DNA of 48,340 bases from Vicinamibacterales bacterium (GCA_040081675.1 JBEBGB010000003.1:1-48340); one strand, 5' to 3'. Numbered from the stretch's first letter, positions 8,228-18,447 are shown. Translations and numbers: made by a program. Notes: generated by a model from the letters alone, not told the origin.

Positions 8228-9741
8228 GAGGTCGGCGCCTTCCAGCGCTGTTCGAGACGACGGGCGAGAGCCGAAAGCGGCAGCGACATGGCGAGATAGA
8301 GCGCAGCGCACAGCGCACCGGGCAGCACCCAGCTCCCGAGGTTGGCGGCGAAGATCTGTGTCTGCTTCGTCAGCTCGACGACCGTGAGCACGGACACCAA
8401 CGACGAGTCTTTGAGCAGCGCCACGAAGTCGTTCGTCATCGGAGCCAGCGCGAGACGAAACGCCTGAGGTCCGCGAATGAGCCTGAGAATCTGCCACTCG
8501 GTGAAACCAAGGGTGCGCGCGGCTTCGAGTTGACCTCTACCAATCGCTTCGAGCGCCGACCGATAGATCTCGCTCTCGTACGCGGCATAGTTCAATGCCA
8601 GCCCGAGGAATGCCGCAATGAACGCCGGCAGCCGAATGGCTGTCGCGAGACCGTAGTAGAGAACAAACAGCTGCAGCAAGATCGGCGTGCCGCGCGTGAT
8701 CTCGACGTATGCCGTCAGGACGGCGCGCAGGGGTCCACGGCCATAGACCCGTCCACTGGCGATGACCATACCGAGTGCGACAGCCAGGGCCATCGACGTG
8801 CATGACAGCAGGATCGTCACCACCGATGCCCTCAACAGCGACGGGATGTAGCGCCGGGCCGCCTCCCACCGCGAAATGGCTGACACGGCATTGCTCGTAT
8901 CGAGTCCGACGATGGCCGCGACCGGTTCGCCAGCCAGCACGCGTCGGTAGAGCGGAGGCTGGTCGTCGTTCCACACCCCCCATTTCCGAAAAATACGCTC
9001 GAGCGTGCCGTCGGCCATGGCGGCCTTGAGGATCTCGTCGCAGCGATCGCGCAGGTCGGCGTTCGACCTCGCGAGCACGCCGACATAGTGGCCCGTTGCG
9101 ATACTGCCAGGCTGCACCGTAAATCCAGCCACGTTCTTCGCGCGACGATTCGCCACCACGTTATCGAGCAACACCGCGTCGACACGCCCGTTCACCAGGT
9201 CCTCGTACGGATGCGCGTCATCGTCGTAGGACACGGCTGTGACGGCGTGCTCACGCTCGGCCTTCAGCAGGATTTCATAGGCGATGGTGCCGCCGAGTGT
9301 GGCCACCTTTCGTCCGGCCAGATCGGCAAGCGACCGAAACCGCTGGACGTCGGCGTCGCGCACGGCGAGCACTTCACGAAACTCGTAGTACGGCAGCGTG
9401 ACCGACATGGCCGAGCGGTGGGCCGGCGTGTCCTCGATGCCGCTCAGCCCGATCTCGGCGTCACCACGCGCGACGGCCTGATCGATCGACGCAAAGCCGA
9501 CGAAGACGAACGCAGGGTCGCGTTCGAGCCCCTTGGCCAGGAGCGCGGCGACCTCCACGTCGAAGCCGACCAGGTGAGTGGGATCGTCGGGGCTGGCCTC
9601 GACGAACGGGGCTCCGCCTTCCGGATCGCCGGCCCAGCGGAACACCTGTCGAGTCTGCGCGAGCAATGGCGAACCGGCGTTGGCGGGCAGGATGACGAGC
9701 ATGAGGGCCGTCCAGAGCAGCCGCGCACACGCCTTACTCAC
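8224..9741 (-). CDS. Polar amino-acid ABC transporter, fused substrate-binding protein and permease
   Basis: Signal peptide, family-3 SBP (GFDVE, GRVDAVLLD), permease RGTPILLQL, AAYESEIYR, GQLEAA, LLKDSSLVS. Confidence 0.92.
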   Translation of the reverse strand: MSKACARLLWTALMLVILPANAGSPLLAQTRQVFRWAGDPEGGAPFVEASPDDPTHLVGFDVEVAALLAKGLERDPAFVFVGFASIDQAVARGDAEIGLSGIEDTPAHRSAMSVTLPYYEFREVLAVRDADVQRFRSLADLAGRKVATLGGTIAYEILLKAEREHAVTAVSYDDDAHPYEDLVNGRVDAVLLDNVVANRRAKNVAGFTVQPGSIATGHYVGVLARSNADLRDRCDEILKAAMADGTLERIFRKWGVWNDDQPPLYRRVLAGEPVAAIVGLDTSNAVSAISRWEAARRYIPSLLRASVVTILLSCTSMALAVALGMVIASGRVYGRGPLRAVLTAYVEITRGTPILLQLFVLYYGLATAIRLPAFIAAFLGLALNYAAYESEIYRSALEAIGRGQLEAARTLGFTEWQILRLIRGPQAFRLALAPMTNDFVALLKDSSLVSVLTVVELTKQTQIFAANLGSWVLPGALCAALYLAMSLPLSALARRLEQRWKAPTS

Positions 9742-10516
9742 GGGTCAGCCTCACCAGGTACTCCGTCGCCGCATCCTCGGCGGCGCCCGCCGAAACAGTC
9801 GTGGGGCGAAGCTCGCGATACAGCGCTACGGCCGCTTTCAGTGCCTCGGCACACGATGCGGCATCGTGCTGAGCCACTGTCTCACGCAAACGATCGGCGA
9901 ATGTCGGCGCGGCCGCCTCGATCTTCCTCACCCCTTGTGGACGTGCACCCGCGCGTTGCAGTGCGAGTGGACCGAGGACGACCATACGTAGAAACGCGAG
10001 AAAGTCCATCGCCTCGAACAGTTCTCCGCGTGCGATCTTACAGGCGCCGTAGTGCACCCAGATCCAGAAGCGGTCTTCGATCCATTTCAGGTCGGGGCCC
10101 GGGTAAGCGGCTGATCCGGCGGCGAGCGCCGTGGTGAGGCGGGCGTCGCGCTCCCACAACACGATTGGATCTTCCACTCGCTGGGCAAGGTCGGGCACTG
10201 CCACGAACTTCAGATCGACATGGAGCGGCACCGGCGCGTACAGGCAAATGAGGAGTCGTGGTTCGCCGACATGTTCGCCTGTGAACGATGCCAGCAGAGG
10301 CCCGAGCGCCGCAGCGATCTCGGTGCGCTCGGCCATGACGCTGGCGAAGTGCTCGGGCTCCACGGCAATCACGAGGTCCAGATCGCTGTGCTCGTCCATC
10401 GAATCGGACGCATAGGAACCGCCGGCGGCGACGCCGACAATCCGGGAGTCGGTGCGCAGGATGTCGAGTGCATCTCGAAGAAACTCGCCATGAGTCGGCG
10501 GCAGCGAACGCGGCAT
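9734..10516 (-). CDS. Pol-beta-superfamily nucleotidyltransferase (lincosamide/aminoglycoside NTase-like)
   Basis: GGSYA...DEHSDLD, HVDLKF, helical C-terminal domain with RGELFEA. Confidence 0.75.
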   Translation of the reverse strand: MPRSLPPTHGEFLRDALDILRTDSRIVGVAAGGSYASDSMDEHSDLDLVIAVEPEHFASVMAERTEIAAALGPLLASFTGEHVGEPRLLICLYAPVPLHVDLKFVAVPDLAQRVEDPIVLWERDARLTTALAAGSAAYPGPDLKWIEDRFWIWVHYGACKIARGELFEAMDFLAFLRMVVLGPLALQRAGARPQGVRKIEAAAPTFADRLRETVAQHDAASCAEALKAAVALYRELRPTTVSAGAAEDAATEYLVRLTRE

Positions 10517-10591
10517 GGGATATTTGTAACTCGGGTTCAGGCCTTCGGCCTGTCAAACCTGTCGAGCCCGCCCGTGAAATAATCGACGCCC

Positions 10592-11755
10592 ATGCGCATC
10601 GCCCTCGGCTCCGAATGTCTGCTCCAGTCGTCCACGCTCTCGGGCAAGCGTGTCGGCGTGGTGTGCAACCCGGCATCGATCGATCACGGGTTTGGGCACA
10701 TTGCCGATCGCGTTGCGGCGCTGCCGAACGTGACCCTCGCGGCCATCTTCGGTCCGCAGCATGGATTCCGCAGCGACGTGCAAGAGAACATGATCGAGAG
10801 CGGCCACGGAGAGGATGCGCGCCGGCGTGTACCGGTTCACTCGCTCTACAGCGAGACGCGTCTTCCCACGCCGGAGATGATGGCGGGGCTCGACGTGCTG
10901 GTCGTCGACCTGCAGGATGTCGGCACGCGCATCTATACCTACATCTACACGATGGCCTACTGCCTCACGGCGGCAAAGCGCGACGGCGTGAAGGTCATCG
11001 TCTGCGATCGGCCGAACCCAATCGGTGGCACACAAGTGGAAGGGCCGATGCTGGCGCGAGGCTACGAGTCGTTTGTCGGTCTCTATCCGATTCCGATGCG
11101 CCACGGCATGACGATTGGCGAACTCGCCCGTCTGTTCAACGATCATTTCGGCATCGGGGCCGACCTCGAAGTGATCGCCATGCACGGCTGGACGCGCGAC
11201 ATGTACCATGACGCGGCCGAGGCTCCGTGGGTGATGCCTTCGCCCAACATGCCCACGCTCGACACCGCCATCGTCTATCCGGGGACTGTGTTGTTCGAAG
11301 GCACCAACGTGTCAGAAGGGCGCGGAACCACTCGGCCCTTCGAGTTGCTGGGAGCGCCGTGGGTAACTGACGAACGCTTCGCCGAGGCCCTCAACGCTCG
11401 CAAGTGTCCTGGCGTCCACTTCAGGCCAACCGTGTTCGAACCGACGTTTCACAAACATGCGAAGGCCACATGTGGCGGCTGTCAAATCCACGTGACCGAT
11501 CGCTCGGTCTTTCAGCCGGTGTTGACAGGCGTCCTGCTGACCGAGGCGTTTCGCGCTACGGAGTCCGGTTGGTTCGAGTGGCGGCAGCCACCCTACGAGT
11601 ATGAATACGAGAAGCTGCCGTTCGACATCCTGACTGGAACGCCGGAGACGCGCGAACAGCTCGAGTTGGGCGTTCGCGCTGAAGACATCGCACGCTCGTG
11701 GACACCGAGCGTCGACACGTTCATGAAGCTCAGAGGGCGGTTCTTGATTTACTAG
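10592..11755 (+). CDS. namZ: DUF1343 exo-beta-N-acetylmuramidase (NamZ family)
   Basis: FGPQHG, SLY, DLQDVGTRIYTY, DRPNP, RHGMTIGELA, PSPNMP, SEGRGTTRPFE. Confidence 0.88.
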   Translation: MRIALGSECLLQSSTLSGKRVGVVCNPASIDHGFGHIADRVAALPNVTLAAIFGPQHGFRSDVQENMIESGHGEDARRRVPVHSLYSETRLPTPEMMAGLDVLVVDLQDVGTRIYTYIYTMAYCLTAAKRDGVKVIVCDRPNPIGGTQVEGPMLARGYESFVGLYPIPMRHGMTIGELARLFNDHFGIGADLEVIAMHGWTRDMYHDAAEAPWVMPSPNMPTLDTAIVYPGTVLFEGTNVSEGRGTTRPFELLGAPWVTDERFAEALNARKCPGVHFRPTVFEPTFHKHAKATCGGCQIHVTDRSVFQPVLTGVLLTEAFRATESGWFEWRQPPYEYEYEKLPFDILTGTPETREQLELGVRAEDIARSWTPSVDTFMKLRGRFLIY

Positions 11756-11843
11756 ACGGGAAGGCCGGAGGGCCGAGGACGGTCGCCAAGACCAGGGCTT
11801 TATGCGTGCCCGCCCTGCCAGCCTTGCCTGCCCCGCCAGCCCT
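11756..11843. repeat. Opposed degenerate 9-mer repeats between convergent genes
   Basis: G-rich units after namZ stop (+); GCCCGCCCT GCCAGCCTT GCCTGCCCC GCCAGCCCT, G-rich on minus strand after dinB stop. Confidence 0.6.
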
Positions 11844-12324
11844 ATTCCGCAGCCGCGGCCGCCCGTGCCGCGCTGATCTGCTCCGCGTGCCCATGCGCAT
11901 GGACCGCGTAGATTTCGAGCCACTTGTAGACGGTGTAGCGGCCAATCTCGTTGTGAGTGCCCTCGCGCAGCCACTCCTCTTCAGACAAGCGGTCGAGAAT
12001 CTCGGCTGACGTGCGTCGGGCCGCGTCGAATGCCGCCAACGCCGCAGCGATCGGCCGGTCCGAGTAGTACAGCCGTCTGGCGTACTCGTCCTGGTCATAG
12101 CCGACGATGTTCGGACTCTCCGATGCGATGAGCAGTCGAAGCCTGATTGCCGACGTCATCTCGCTGTCTGCGAGATGATGGACGATTTGACGAACGGTCC
12201 ACCTGCCCTCGCCCGTTTCGAAGTCGAGTTCGCTGTCCGTGGCGCCAGCAAGCGCGTCGGCAACGGCGCGGTACCCGTCCTTGTACGCGGCCACGAGTTT
12301 TTCTCGCCGTTGATGGTCCATCAT
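11842..12324 (-). CDS. DinB/YfiT family protein
   Basis: WTVRQIVHHLADSE, YDQD, C-terminal HAHGHAEQI; start reassigned to ATG 12324. Confidence 0.88.
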   Translation of the reverse strand: MMDHQRREKLVAAYKDGYRAVADALAGATDSELDFETGEGRWTVRQIVHHLADSEMTSAIRLRLLIASESPNIVGYDQDEYARRLYYSDRPIAAALAAFDAARRTSAEILDRLSEEEWLREGTHNEIGRYTVYKWLEIYAVHAHGHAEQISAARAAAAAE

Positions 12325-12335
12325 GGGGTCCTCGC

Positions 12336-13196
12336 TCACCCGCGCGTCTTCGCAATGCCCGGAGCCAGCGCTTCTTGTTCGGTTGGTTCCAGGTGATGGG
12401 CGATCAAGTGGTCGCGCACGCACTCGAACGCCTCGGTCGGCGTATCGGCATATTGAAAGAGTTCGAGGTCTTTCTCGGCGATGGCACCCCACTCTGACAT
12501 GGGACCAAAGCTCAGAATCTGATGCCAATACTCTCGACCGTAGAGCACTACGCCGATTTTCTTGGAGAGCTTCTCGGTCTGTACCAGCGTCAGCACCTCG
12601 AAGAGCTCGTCCAGCGTGCCGAACCCGCCGGGAAAAATCACCAGGGCTTTGGCCAGATAAGCGAACCAGAACTTCCGCATGAAGAAGTAGTGGAACTCGA
12701 AGTGCAACGAGTCGGTGATGTACGGGTTCGCACTTTGCTCGAACGGCAAGCGGATGTTCAGACCAATGGTCTTGCCGCCGGCCTCTTGCGCTCCACGGTT
12801 CGCGGCCTCCATGATGCCGGGACCGCCACCCGACGTGATGACGAAGCGGTGATGCTCGGACGGCAGCGTCTGGCTCCAGGTGGCGATCATGCGCGCAAGC
12901 TCGCGAGCACTCTCGTAGTACTGCGCCCACTCGACGGCTTTCTGGCTCTTCTTCAGCTCGATCTCGTACTGTGCATCAGCGTTGATCACGCCCCTGGCGC
13001 GCAACGTCTTCAGCGCCATTTCGGCGCGTTCCCGGCTGTGGACGCGGGCTGATCCGAAGAAGACGACGGTGTCCTGAATCTTCTCGTCGCGAAACCGGCG
13101 CAGCGGCTCGAGGTACTCGGACAGAATACGAATGGGCCGGGCCTCGGCACTCTCGAGAAACTCCGGATACAGGTAGGCGAGAGGCTGCTGGGACAT
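12336..13196 (-). CDS. LOG family (TIGR00730) Rossmann-fold protein
   Basis: FFGSAR, GGGPGIMEAANRGA, LPFEQ, YFFMRKFWF, PGGFGTLDE. Confidence 0.92.
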   Translation of the reverse strand: MSQQPLAYLYPEFLESAEARPIRILSEYLEPLRRFRDEKIQDTVVFFGSARVHSRERAEMALKTLRARGVINADAQYEIELKKSQKAVEWAQYYESARELARMIATWSQTLPSEHHRFVITSGGGPGIMEAANRGAQEAGGKTIGLNIRLPFEQSANPYITDSLHFEFHYFFMRKFWFAYLAKALVIFPGGFGTLDELFEVLTLVQTEKLSKKIGVVLYGREYWHQILSFGPMSEWGAIAEKDLELFQYADTPTEAFECVRDHLIAHHLEPTEQEALAPGIAKTRG

Positions 13197-13279
13197 CGGG
13201 AGGCCACTTTAGCAGATGTTAGAATGCGTCTTTTCCGCCGATGTACGCGCCGGACTCCCCGGCCCGAGACCCCGCTATC

Positions 13280-13765
13280 ATGGCCGCCAAGGAACAGCCG
13301 CTGAAACTCGATGTCACGATCGACATCGTCGCGCCCGTCGAAGTCGTTTTCACGGCGTTCTTCAACGCTCCAGCGCTTGGTGCGTGGCAGGGCACCACGC
13401 GCTCGATCGCGATTCCGCGGTTGCTCGGTCCGTATGTCCTCGAGTGGCAGGCCTCGACCGACGTCGACGATGTGCTGGGGCGCCTGGGCGGAGTGTTCAG
13501 AGCAACGGTCATGAACATCGAGCCGAATGACCATGTCTTTCTGGCCGACGCGTTCTGGCTGCCGCCGGATGGGGGGCCACTTGGACCACTGGCCATGCAG
13601 ATCACGTTCACGCCTACGGCGGCTCCCGATGGAGCAAAGTCCACGATGGTGCGAGTTGTGATGACCGGGTTCGACAACGGTGTACGCTGGAAGCGGTATC
13701 TGGATCACTCCACCGCAGGGTGGCATCGCGCGCTGGGCATTCTGAAGTCGCTGCTGGAAAGGTAG
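13280..13765 (+). CDS. SRPBCC/AHSA1-like domain protein
   Basis: I.APVEVVF.AF..P.L..W at N-terminus, GW...L..LK.LLE at C-terminus; start uncertain. Confidence 0.75.
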   Translation: MAAKEQPLKLDVTIDIVAPVEVVFTAFFNAPALGAWQGTTRSIAIPRLLGPYVLEWQASTDVDDVLGRLGGVFRATVMNIEPNDHVFLADAFWLPPDGGPLGPLAMQITFTPTAAPDGAKSTMVRVVMTGFDNGVRWKRYLDHSTAGWHRALGILKSLLER

Positions 13766-13767
13766 CC

Positions 13768-15411
13768 ATGCCGTTCACCACGCTGATGCTGACCGCAGCG
13801 CTGTCCATCGCGCCGCAGCTGCCGACCGCGTCGAACACGCCACCGGGCGACCCACGCCCCGCGACGCTGCTGGCGGGCATCCAAGGCGTGCACTTCCCCA
13901 TCTCGACGCGCCGCGAGGAGGCGCAGAAATTCTTCGACCAGGGCCTCGCACTGGTCTATGCGTCTAATCGGGATGATGCGATCCGCTCGTTTCGCCGCGC
14001 CGCGGAAGTCGATCCGAGTTCTCCCATGCCGCACTGGGGCATTGCGCTGGCGTTCGGACAGACGCTCGGTCGGCCCGTAGACGCCTCGCGTGCGAGGGCC
14101 GCGTACGAGGCCGTTCAACGCGCGAGTGAGCTGGCGGTGCGAGCGCCCGCAAAGGAACGCGCGTACGTCGCTGCTCTGGCCAGGCGGTACTCGATCGATT
14201 CCAGGGCCGTGTCGAGTGCCCTCGCCGTCGAGTACAAGGACGCGATGCGTCAGTTGACGCGCACCTATCCGAACGACACACACGCCGCGACGCTCTATGC
14301 CGCGAGCCTCATGGCTCTGCATCCAGGCGCACTGTGGACAGCCGAGGGCGCCCCCGCGGAAGGCACCGCCGAACTGGTGGAAGTACTCGAGCGCGTACTC
14401 GAACGCGAACCCGACCACGTGGGCGCAAATCATTACTACATCCACGCAACGGAGTCGTCACTGACACCGGAACGCGGGCTGAAGAGTGCGAAGAGGCTCG
14501 AAACACTCATGCCCGCAGCCGGCCACCTGCTCCACGTGCCGGCGCACACCTATATGCGCACCGGAGACTACGGTGCGGCAGTGGCGGCCGGCGCGCGTGC
14601 CGCGGAGGTCGATCGGTTGTACATCGCCGGCCTGAGCCCAACGGCGGACTATCCGGCCGTCTACGCAACGCACAACCTGGATTCGATGGCGTCTGCCGCG
14701 ATGATGGGGGGCCAGTACGCCAATGCGTTGAAGGCGGCACAGGAACTGACGGCGAAGGTCGCACCCATCCTCGTCGACAGGCCCGAACTGGAGCCATTCG
14801 GCGCCAGGTTGATGTTCGTCTTGTTGCGCTTCGCCAAGTGGAACGAGGTTCTGGCGTTGCCGTCGCCATCGGCTCAATCGCGGATGCTTGTGGCGCTCCA
14901 TCACTTCGGACGCGGTGTCGCTCACGCCGCACTAGGCGCGGTTGCAGACGCGGAGAAGGAACGCGACGCGTTCAGAGCCGCGAAGGGCACCGTTCCACCA
15001 GGCGCGCAGTATGGTCACAATCCGGCGGCGACGATTCTCGCCGTGGCAGACGCGGTTCTCGAAGCGAAGCTGGTCGCGGTTCGGTCCGATGCCAGCGCGG
15101 CTATCGTCGCAGCCTGGAAGCAGGCGGTCGAAGCCGAAGACCACGTCGCGTATAGCGCACCCTCGGACTGGTTCTATCCGACTCGCGAGTCGCTCGGTGC
15201 CGCACTCGTTCGTGCAAAACGCTACGAAGAGGCGGGCCTGGCGTTCCGCGAAGACCTCGAGCGCAACCCGAACAACGGTCGCTCGCTCTGGGGTCGCTGG
15301 CAGGCACTGCGTGCATCGGACGGCGATGTCCCGGGCACGCTTGTTGTCCGGCGGCGTTTCCAGGACGCATGGACCGAAGCGGACACGACGTTGCGGATGG
15401 AAGATTTTTAG
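13768..15411 (+). CDS. Exported TPR/alpha-helical repeat protein with His-rich motifs
   Basis: Signal-like N-terminus, AQKFFDQGL, PDHVGANHYYIH, AGHLLHVPAHTY, FREDLERNPNNGRSL. Confidence 0.8.
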   Translation: MPFTTLMLTAALSIAPQLPTASNTPPGDPRPATLLAGIQGVHFPISTRREEAQKFFDQGLALVYASNRDDAIRSFRRAAEVDPSSPMPHWGIALAFGQTLGRPVDASRARAAYEAVQRASELAVRAPAKERAYVAALARRYSIDSRAVSSALAVEYKDAMRQLTRTYPNDTHAATLYAASLMALHPGALWTAEGAPAEGTAELVEVLERVLEREPDHVGANHYYIHATESSLTPERGLKSAKRLETLMPAAGHLLHVPAHTYMRTGDYGAAVAAGARAAEVDRLYIAGLSPTADYPAVYATHNLDSMASAAMMGGQYANALKAAQELTAKVAPILVDRPELEPFGARLMFVLLRFAKWNEVLALPSPSAQSRMLVALHHFGRGVAHAALGAVADAEKERDAFRAAKGTVPPGAQYGHNPAATILAVADAVLEAKLVAVRSDASAAIVAAWKQAVEAEDHVAYSAPSDWFYPTRESLGAALVRAKRYEEAGLAFREDLERNPNNGRSLWGRWQALRASDGDVPGTLVVRRRFQDAWTEADTTLRMEDF

Positions 15412-15414
15412 CAT

Positions 15415-16695
15415 CTAGAGTCGCCATACGCGCAGCCCGGCCTTGATCACCTCTGACCGCGCGTACGCGCTCTTCACGTCGGCGAACAGGCCACCCGCTA
15501 CGAGACGCTCCGCGAAAGTCGCCAGGCCCATCCCTTCGTACTCGCGGTGGGTCACAGCCGCCACCATCGCCGACGCCTTCGGCAGCTGATCCCAGGGGGT
15601 GAGGCTGACACCATACTCGTACTCGCAGGCACTCGGGTCGGCAATTGGATCGTGAACCCATACGCGGACCCCAAAGCTCTTAAGCTCTCGCACGACGTCG
15701 ATGACCTTGCTGTTGCGCAGGTCCGAACAGTTCTCTTTGAACGTGATGCCCAGCACGATGACGTCTGCTCCTTTCACGGGCAGGTCATGTCCGATCATTT
15801 GTTTGATCACCTGTTCGGCGACGTACTTGCCCATACCGTCATTGATGCGACGGCCAGCGAGGATCACCTGCGGCGTATAGCCGAGCATTTCAGCTTTGTG
15901 CGTCAAGTAGTACGGATCGACGCCGATACAATGCCCGCCCACGAGACCAGGCCGGAACGGCAGGAAGTTCCACTTGGTGCCGGCCGCCTCGAGCACTTCG
16001 TTCGTGTCGATGCCAATGCGATGAAAGATGAGCGACAGCTCGTTCATCAGCGCGATGTTCAAGTCGCGCTGCGTGTTCTCGATCACCTTGGCAGCCTCGG
16101 CGACCTTGATGCTGGTAGCCGGGTAGACTCCGGCGGTAATCACGGCACCGTACACTCCCGCCACGCGAGCCAGGGTTTCGGGGGTGTCGCCTGACACGAC
16201 CTTGGTGATCTTCGTGAGGGTGTGCCGCTTGTCGCCCGGGTTGATGCGCTCGGGACTGTAGCCGACGAAGAAATCCTTCTTCCACGTGAGTCCCGAGTGC
16301 TTCTCAATGAGCGGGACGCAAATTTCCTCGGTGGCGCCTGGGTAGACCGTGGATTCGAATACCACTGTTGCGCCGCGACTGATGTATCGCCCGACGCTCT
16401 CGGACGCCGCCACGAGAGGGCCCAGATCGGGCTGATGCGCTTTGTCCACGGGCGTGGGCACGGCCACGATGATGAAGTCGGCCGCAGCGATGACGCGCGG
16501 GTCCGTGCTGCACGTAAGGTGCTCGCTCGCCCTGAAATCATCGGGGCTCACTTCTCCTGTCGGGTCCACATTCCGCTCGTAGCAGGCAACTTTTTCGGCC
16601 GACAGGTCGAAGCCGAGCGTTCGGAACGTCTTGCCGAATTCAACGGCCAGTGGCAGACCCACATAGCCCAAACCAACGACAGCAATCGTATTCAT
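15415..16695 (-). CDS. tviB: UDP-N-acetylhexosamine 6-dehydrogenase (TviB/WbpO-like)
   Basis: GLGYVGLP, AVPTP, ESTVYPG, SPERINPG, KVIENTQRDLNIA, GLVGGHCIGVDPYY, FKENCSDLRNSK. Confidence 0.9.
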   Translation of the reverse strand: MNTIAVVGLGYVGLPLAVEFGKTFRTLGFDLSAEKVACYERNVDPTGEVSPDDFRASEHLTCSTDPRVIAAADFIIVAVPTPVDKAHQPDLGPLVAASESVGRYISRGATVVFESTVYPGATEEICVPLIEKHSGLTWKKDFFVGYSPERINPGDKRHTLTKITKVVSGDTPETLARVAGVYGAVITAGVYPATSIKVAEAAKVIENTQRDLNIALMNELSLIFHRIGIDTNEVLEAAGTKWNFLPFRPGLVGGHCIGVDPYYLTHKAEMLGYTPQVILAGRRINDGMGKYVAEQVIKQMIGHDLPVKGADVIVLGITFKENCSDLRNSKVIDVVRELKSFGVRVWVHDPIADPSACEYEYGVSLTPWDQLPKASAMVAAVTHREYEGMGLATFAERLVAGGLFADVKSAYARSEVIKAGLRVWRL

Positions 16696-17417
16696 GCAGG
16701 GCCTCGGCGGAAAGATGGCTGCGATACCTGGCGATGTCGTGTGTCACTGGCCGGGCGCTCTAACACGCGTCGACTCGCAACGCGCTGGTCAGCTCCTACC
16801 TGAAGTTCGAGCACGGACCCGTTCGACGGCTTGTAGTCCTTGGCCGCGGCCGCTTCGTCGAGCGTCCTACCCTCGAATGCTCCCACGAGCAGGCGGTTGA
16901 TACGCTGGTGCCCCACGACGAGAAACCGTGATCCTGCTGACAACGCAGGCTTCACGCGGGCCGCAAAGCGACACGCGCGAACCCACGCGTCGGCAAGACT
17001 CTCTCCGCCAAGTACGGGTGTGTGCAGATAATCGCGACCCAGCTTCAGCTTCGCCTCTCTGCGTGTCAGGCCGCTGAAGCTGCCGTAGTCGAACTCGACC
17101 AGATCGGGATCGATCTGCACGATGAGCCCGCGGCGGTGCGCCGTCGGCGCCGCGGTGTCGCGCGCACGAACGAGCGGGCTCGAGAAGATGGCATCGACGA
17201 ATTCGCCTTCCAGTTGCTGGCAGAGGAGCTGCGCCTGCTCCTGTCCGTCGCTGTCGAGCGGGATGTCGGCGCGGCCGAGTCTGCGATCTGCAAGGTTCCA
17301 ACTCGTTTGTGCGTGTCGGACGAGCAAGAGACGGCCACCCTTGTGCGCCTTAACCACAAGAGTGACTCGTGACTGGGATGTCGCCGGCGCTGAAGACACC
17401 TCGGCGACGTCTGGCAT
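16692..17417 (-). CDS. Histidine phosphatase (phosphoglycerate mutase superfamily)
   Basis: LVRHAQTSWN, SSPLVRARDTA, E.DYG.F.G, GES, VVGH; start uncertain. Confidence 0.85.
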   Translation of the reverse strand: MPDVAEVSSAPATSQSRVTLVVKAHKGGRLLLVRHAQTSWNLADRRLGRADIPLDSDGQEQAQLLCQQLEGEFVDAIFSSPLVRARDTAAPTAHRRGLIVQIDPDLVEFDYGSFSGLTRREAKLKLGRDYLHTPVLGGESLADAWVRACRFAARVKPALSAGSRFLVVGHQRINRLLVGAFEGRTLDEAAAAKDYKPSNGSVLELQVGADQRVASRRVLERPASDTRHRQVSQPSFRRGPA

Positions 17418-18447
17418 TGTCGTGAGCCTCCGGTGAGGCTGCGTGTCGGTAGTAGTCGCGATACCAGGCGACGAAGAGACGAACGCCCTCCTCCACCGGC
17501 GTCGACGGCGAAAACCCGGTCCACTCGGTCAGCTCTGACACGTCGGCACAGGTGGACGGAACGTCACCGGGCTGCAGCGGAAGCAGATTCTTCCGAGCGG
17601 ACCTTCCAATGGCCCGTTCGACGGCTTCGATGAAGTCCAACAGCCGCACTGGCTGATTGTTGCCGATGTTGAAGACCCTGTAAGGCGCCGATCCTGTGTG
17701 TGGAACAGGACGCATCGAATCAAACGATGGATCGGGCGTCGCGATTCGGTCCACCACACTGACTACTCCTTCGACGATGTCGTCCACGAAGGTGAAGTCA
17801 CGTGTCATGCGGCCTTCATTGAAGACATCGACCGGACGTCCTTCGAGGATCGCCTTCGTGAAGAGAAACAAGGCCATGTCAGGTCGTCCCCACGGCCCAT
17901 ACACGGTGAAGAAGCGAAGTCCCGTCGTCGGCAGACCGAACAGGTGACTGTAGCTGTGCGCCATGACCTCGTTCGCCTTCTTCGTGGCCGCATAGAGGCT
18001 CAGCGGATGGTCGACGTTGTGCGCCTCGTCGAAGGGCATTCGCGTGTTGCCGCCGTAGACGCTCGAACTCGAGGCGTACACCAGGTGCTGCACCTGATGC
18101 TGCCGACACCCCTCGAGCACGTTGCCGAATCCAACGAGGTTGCTGTCGATGTACGACTGTGGGTCGACGAGCGAATGGCGTACGCCGGCCTGCGCCGCGA
18201 GGTGGACGACCCGGTCGAACCGGTCGCCGGCAAACAGTGCCGCCATGTTCGAGCGGTCCGCAATGTCCATTCGGACGAAACGAAACCCCTCTTTCGGAGC
18301 CAACCTCGCTAGCCGCGCGGACTTGAGGCGCGGGTCGTAGTAGGCATTCAGGTTGTCGAGGCCGACGACCGTGTCGCCGCGCGCGAGTAACCGCTCGGCG
18401 ACGTGCATGCCAATGAAGCCCGCCGCGCCGGTAACGAGGATGTGCAT
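17350..18447 (-). CDS. NAD-dependent epimerase, UDP-glucuronate 4-epimerase type
   Basis: GAAGFIG, LAAQAGVR, ASSSSVYG, YAATKKANE, RFFTVYGPWGRPDMA, QPGDV; ATG 18447 with AGGAGA RBS. Confidence 0.92.
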   Translation of the reverse strand: MHILVTGAAGFIGMHVAERLLARGDTVVGLDNLNAYYDPRLKSARLARLAPKEGFRFVRMDIADRSNMAALFAGDRFDRVVHLAAQAGVRHSLVDPQSYIDSNLVGFGNVLEGCRQHQVQHLVYASSSSVYGGNTRMPFDEAHNVDHPLSLYAATKKANEVMAHSYSHLFGLPTTGLRFFTVYGPWGRPDMALFLFTKAILEGRPVDVFNEGRMTRDFTFVDDIVEGVVSVVDRIATPDPSFDSMRPVPHTGSAPYRVFNIGNNQPVRLLDFIEAVERAIGRSARKNLLPLQPGDVPSTCADVSELTEWTGFSPSTPVEEGVRLFVAWYRDYYRHAASPEAHDNARRRRGVFSAGDIPVTSHSCG

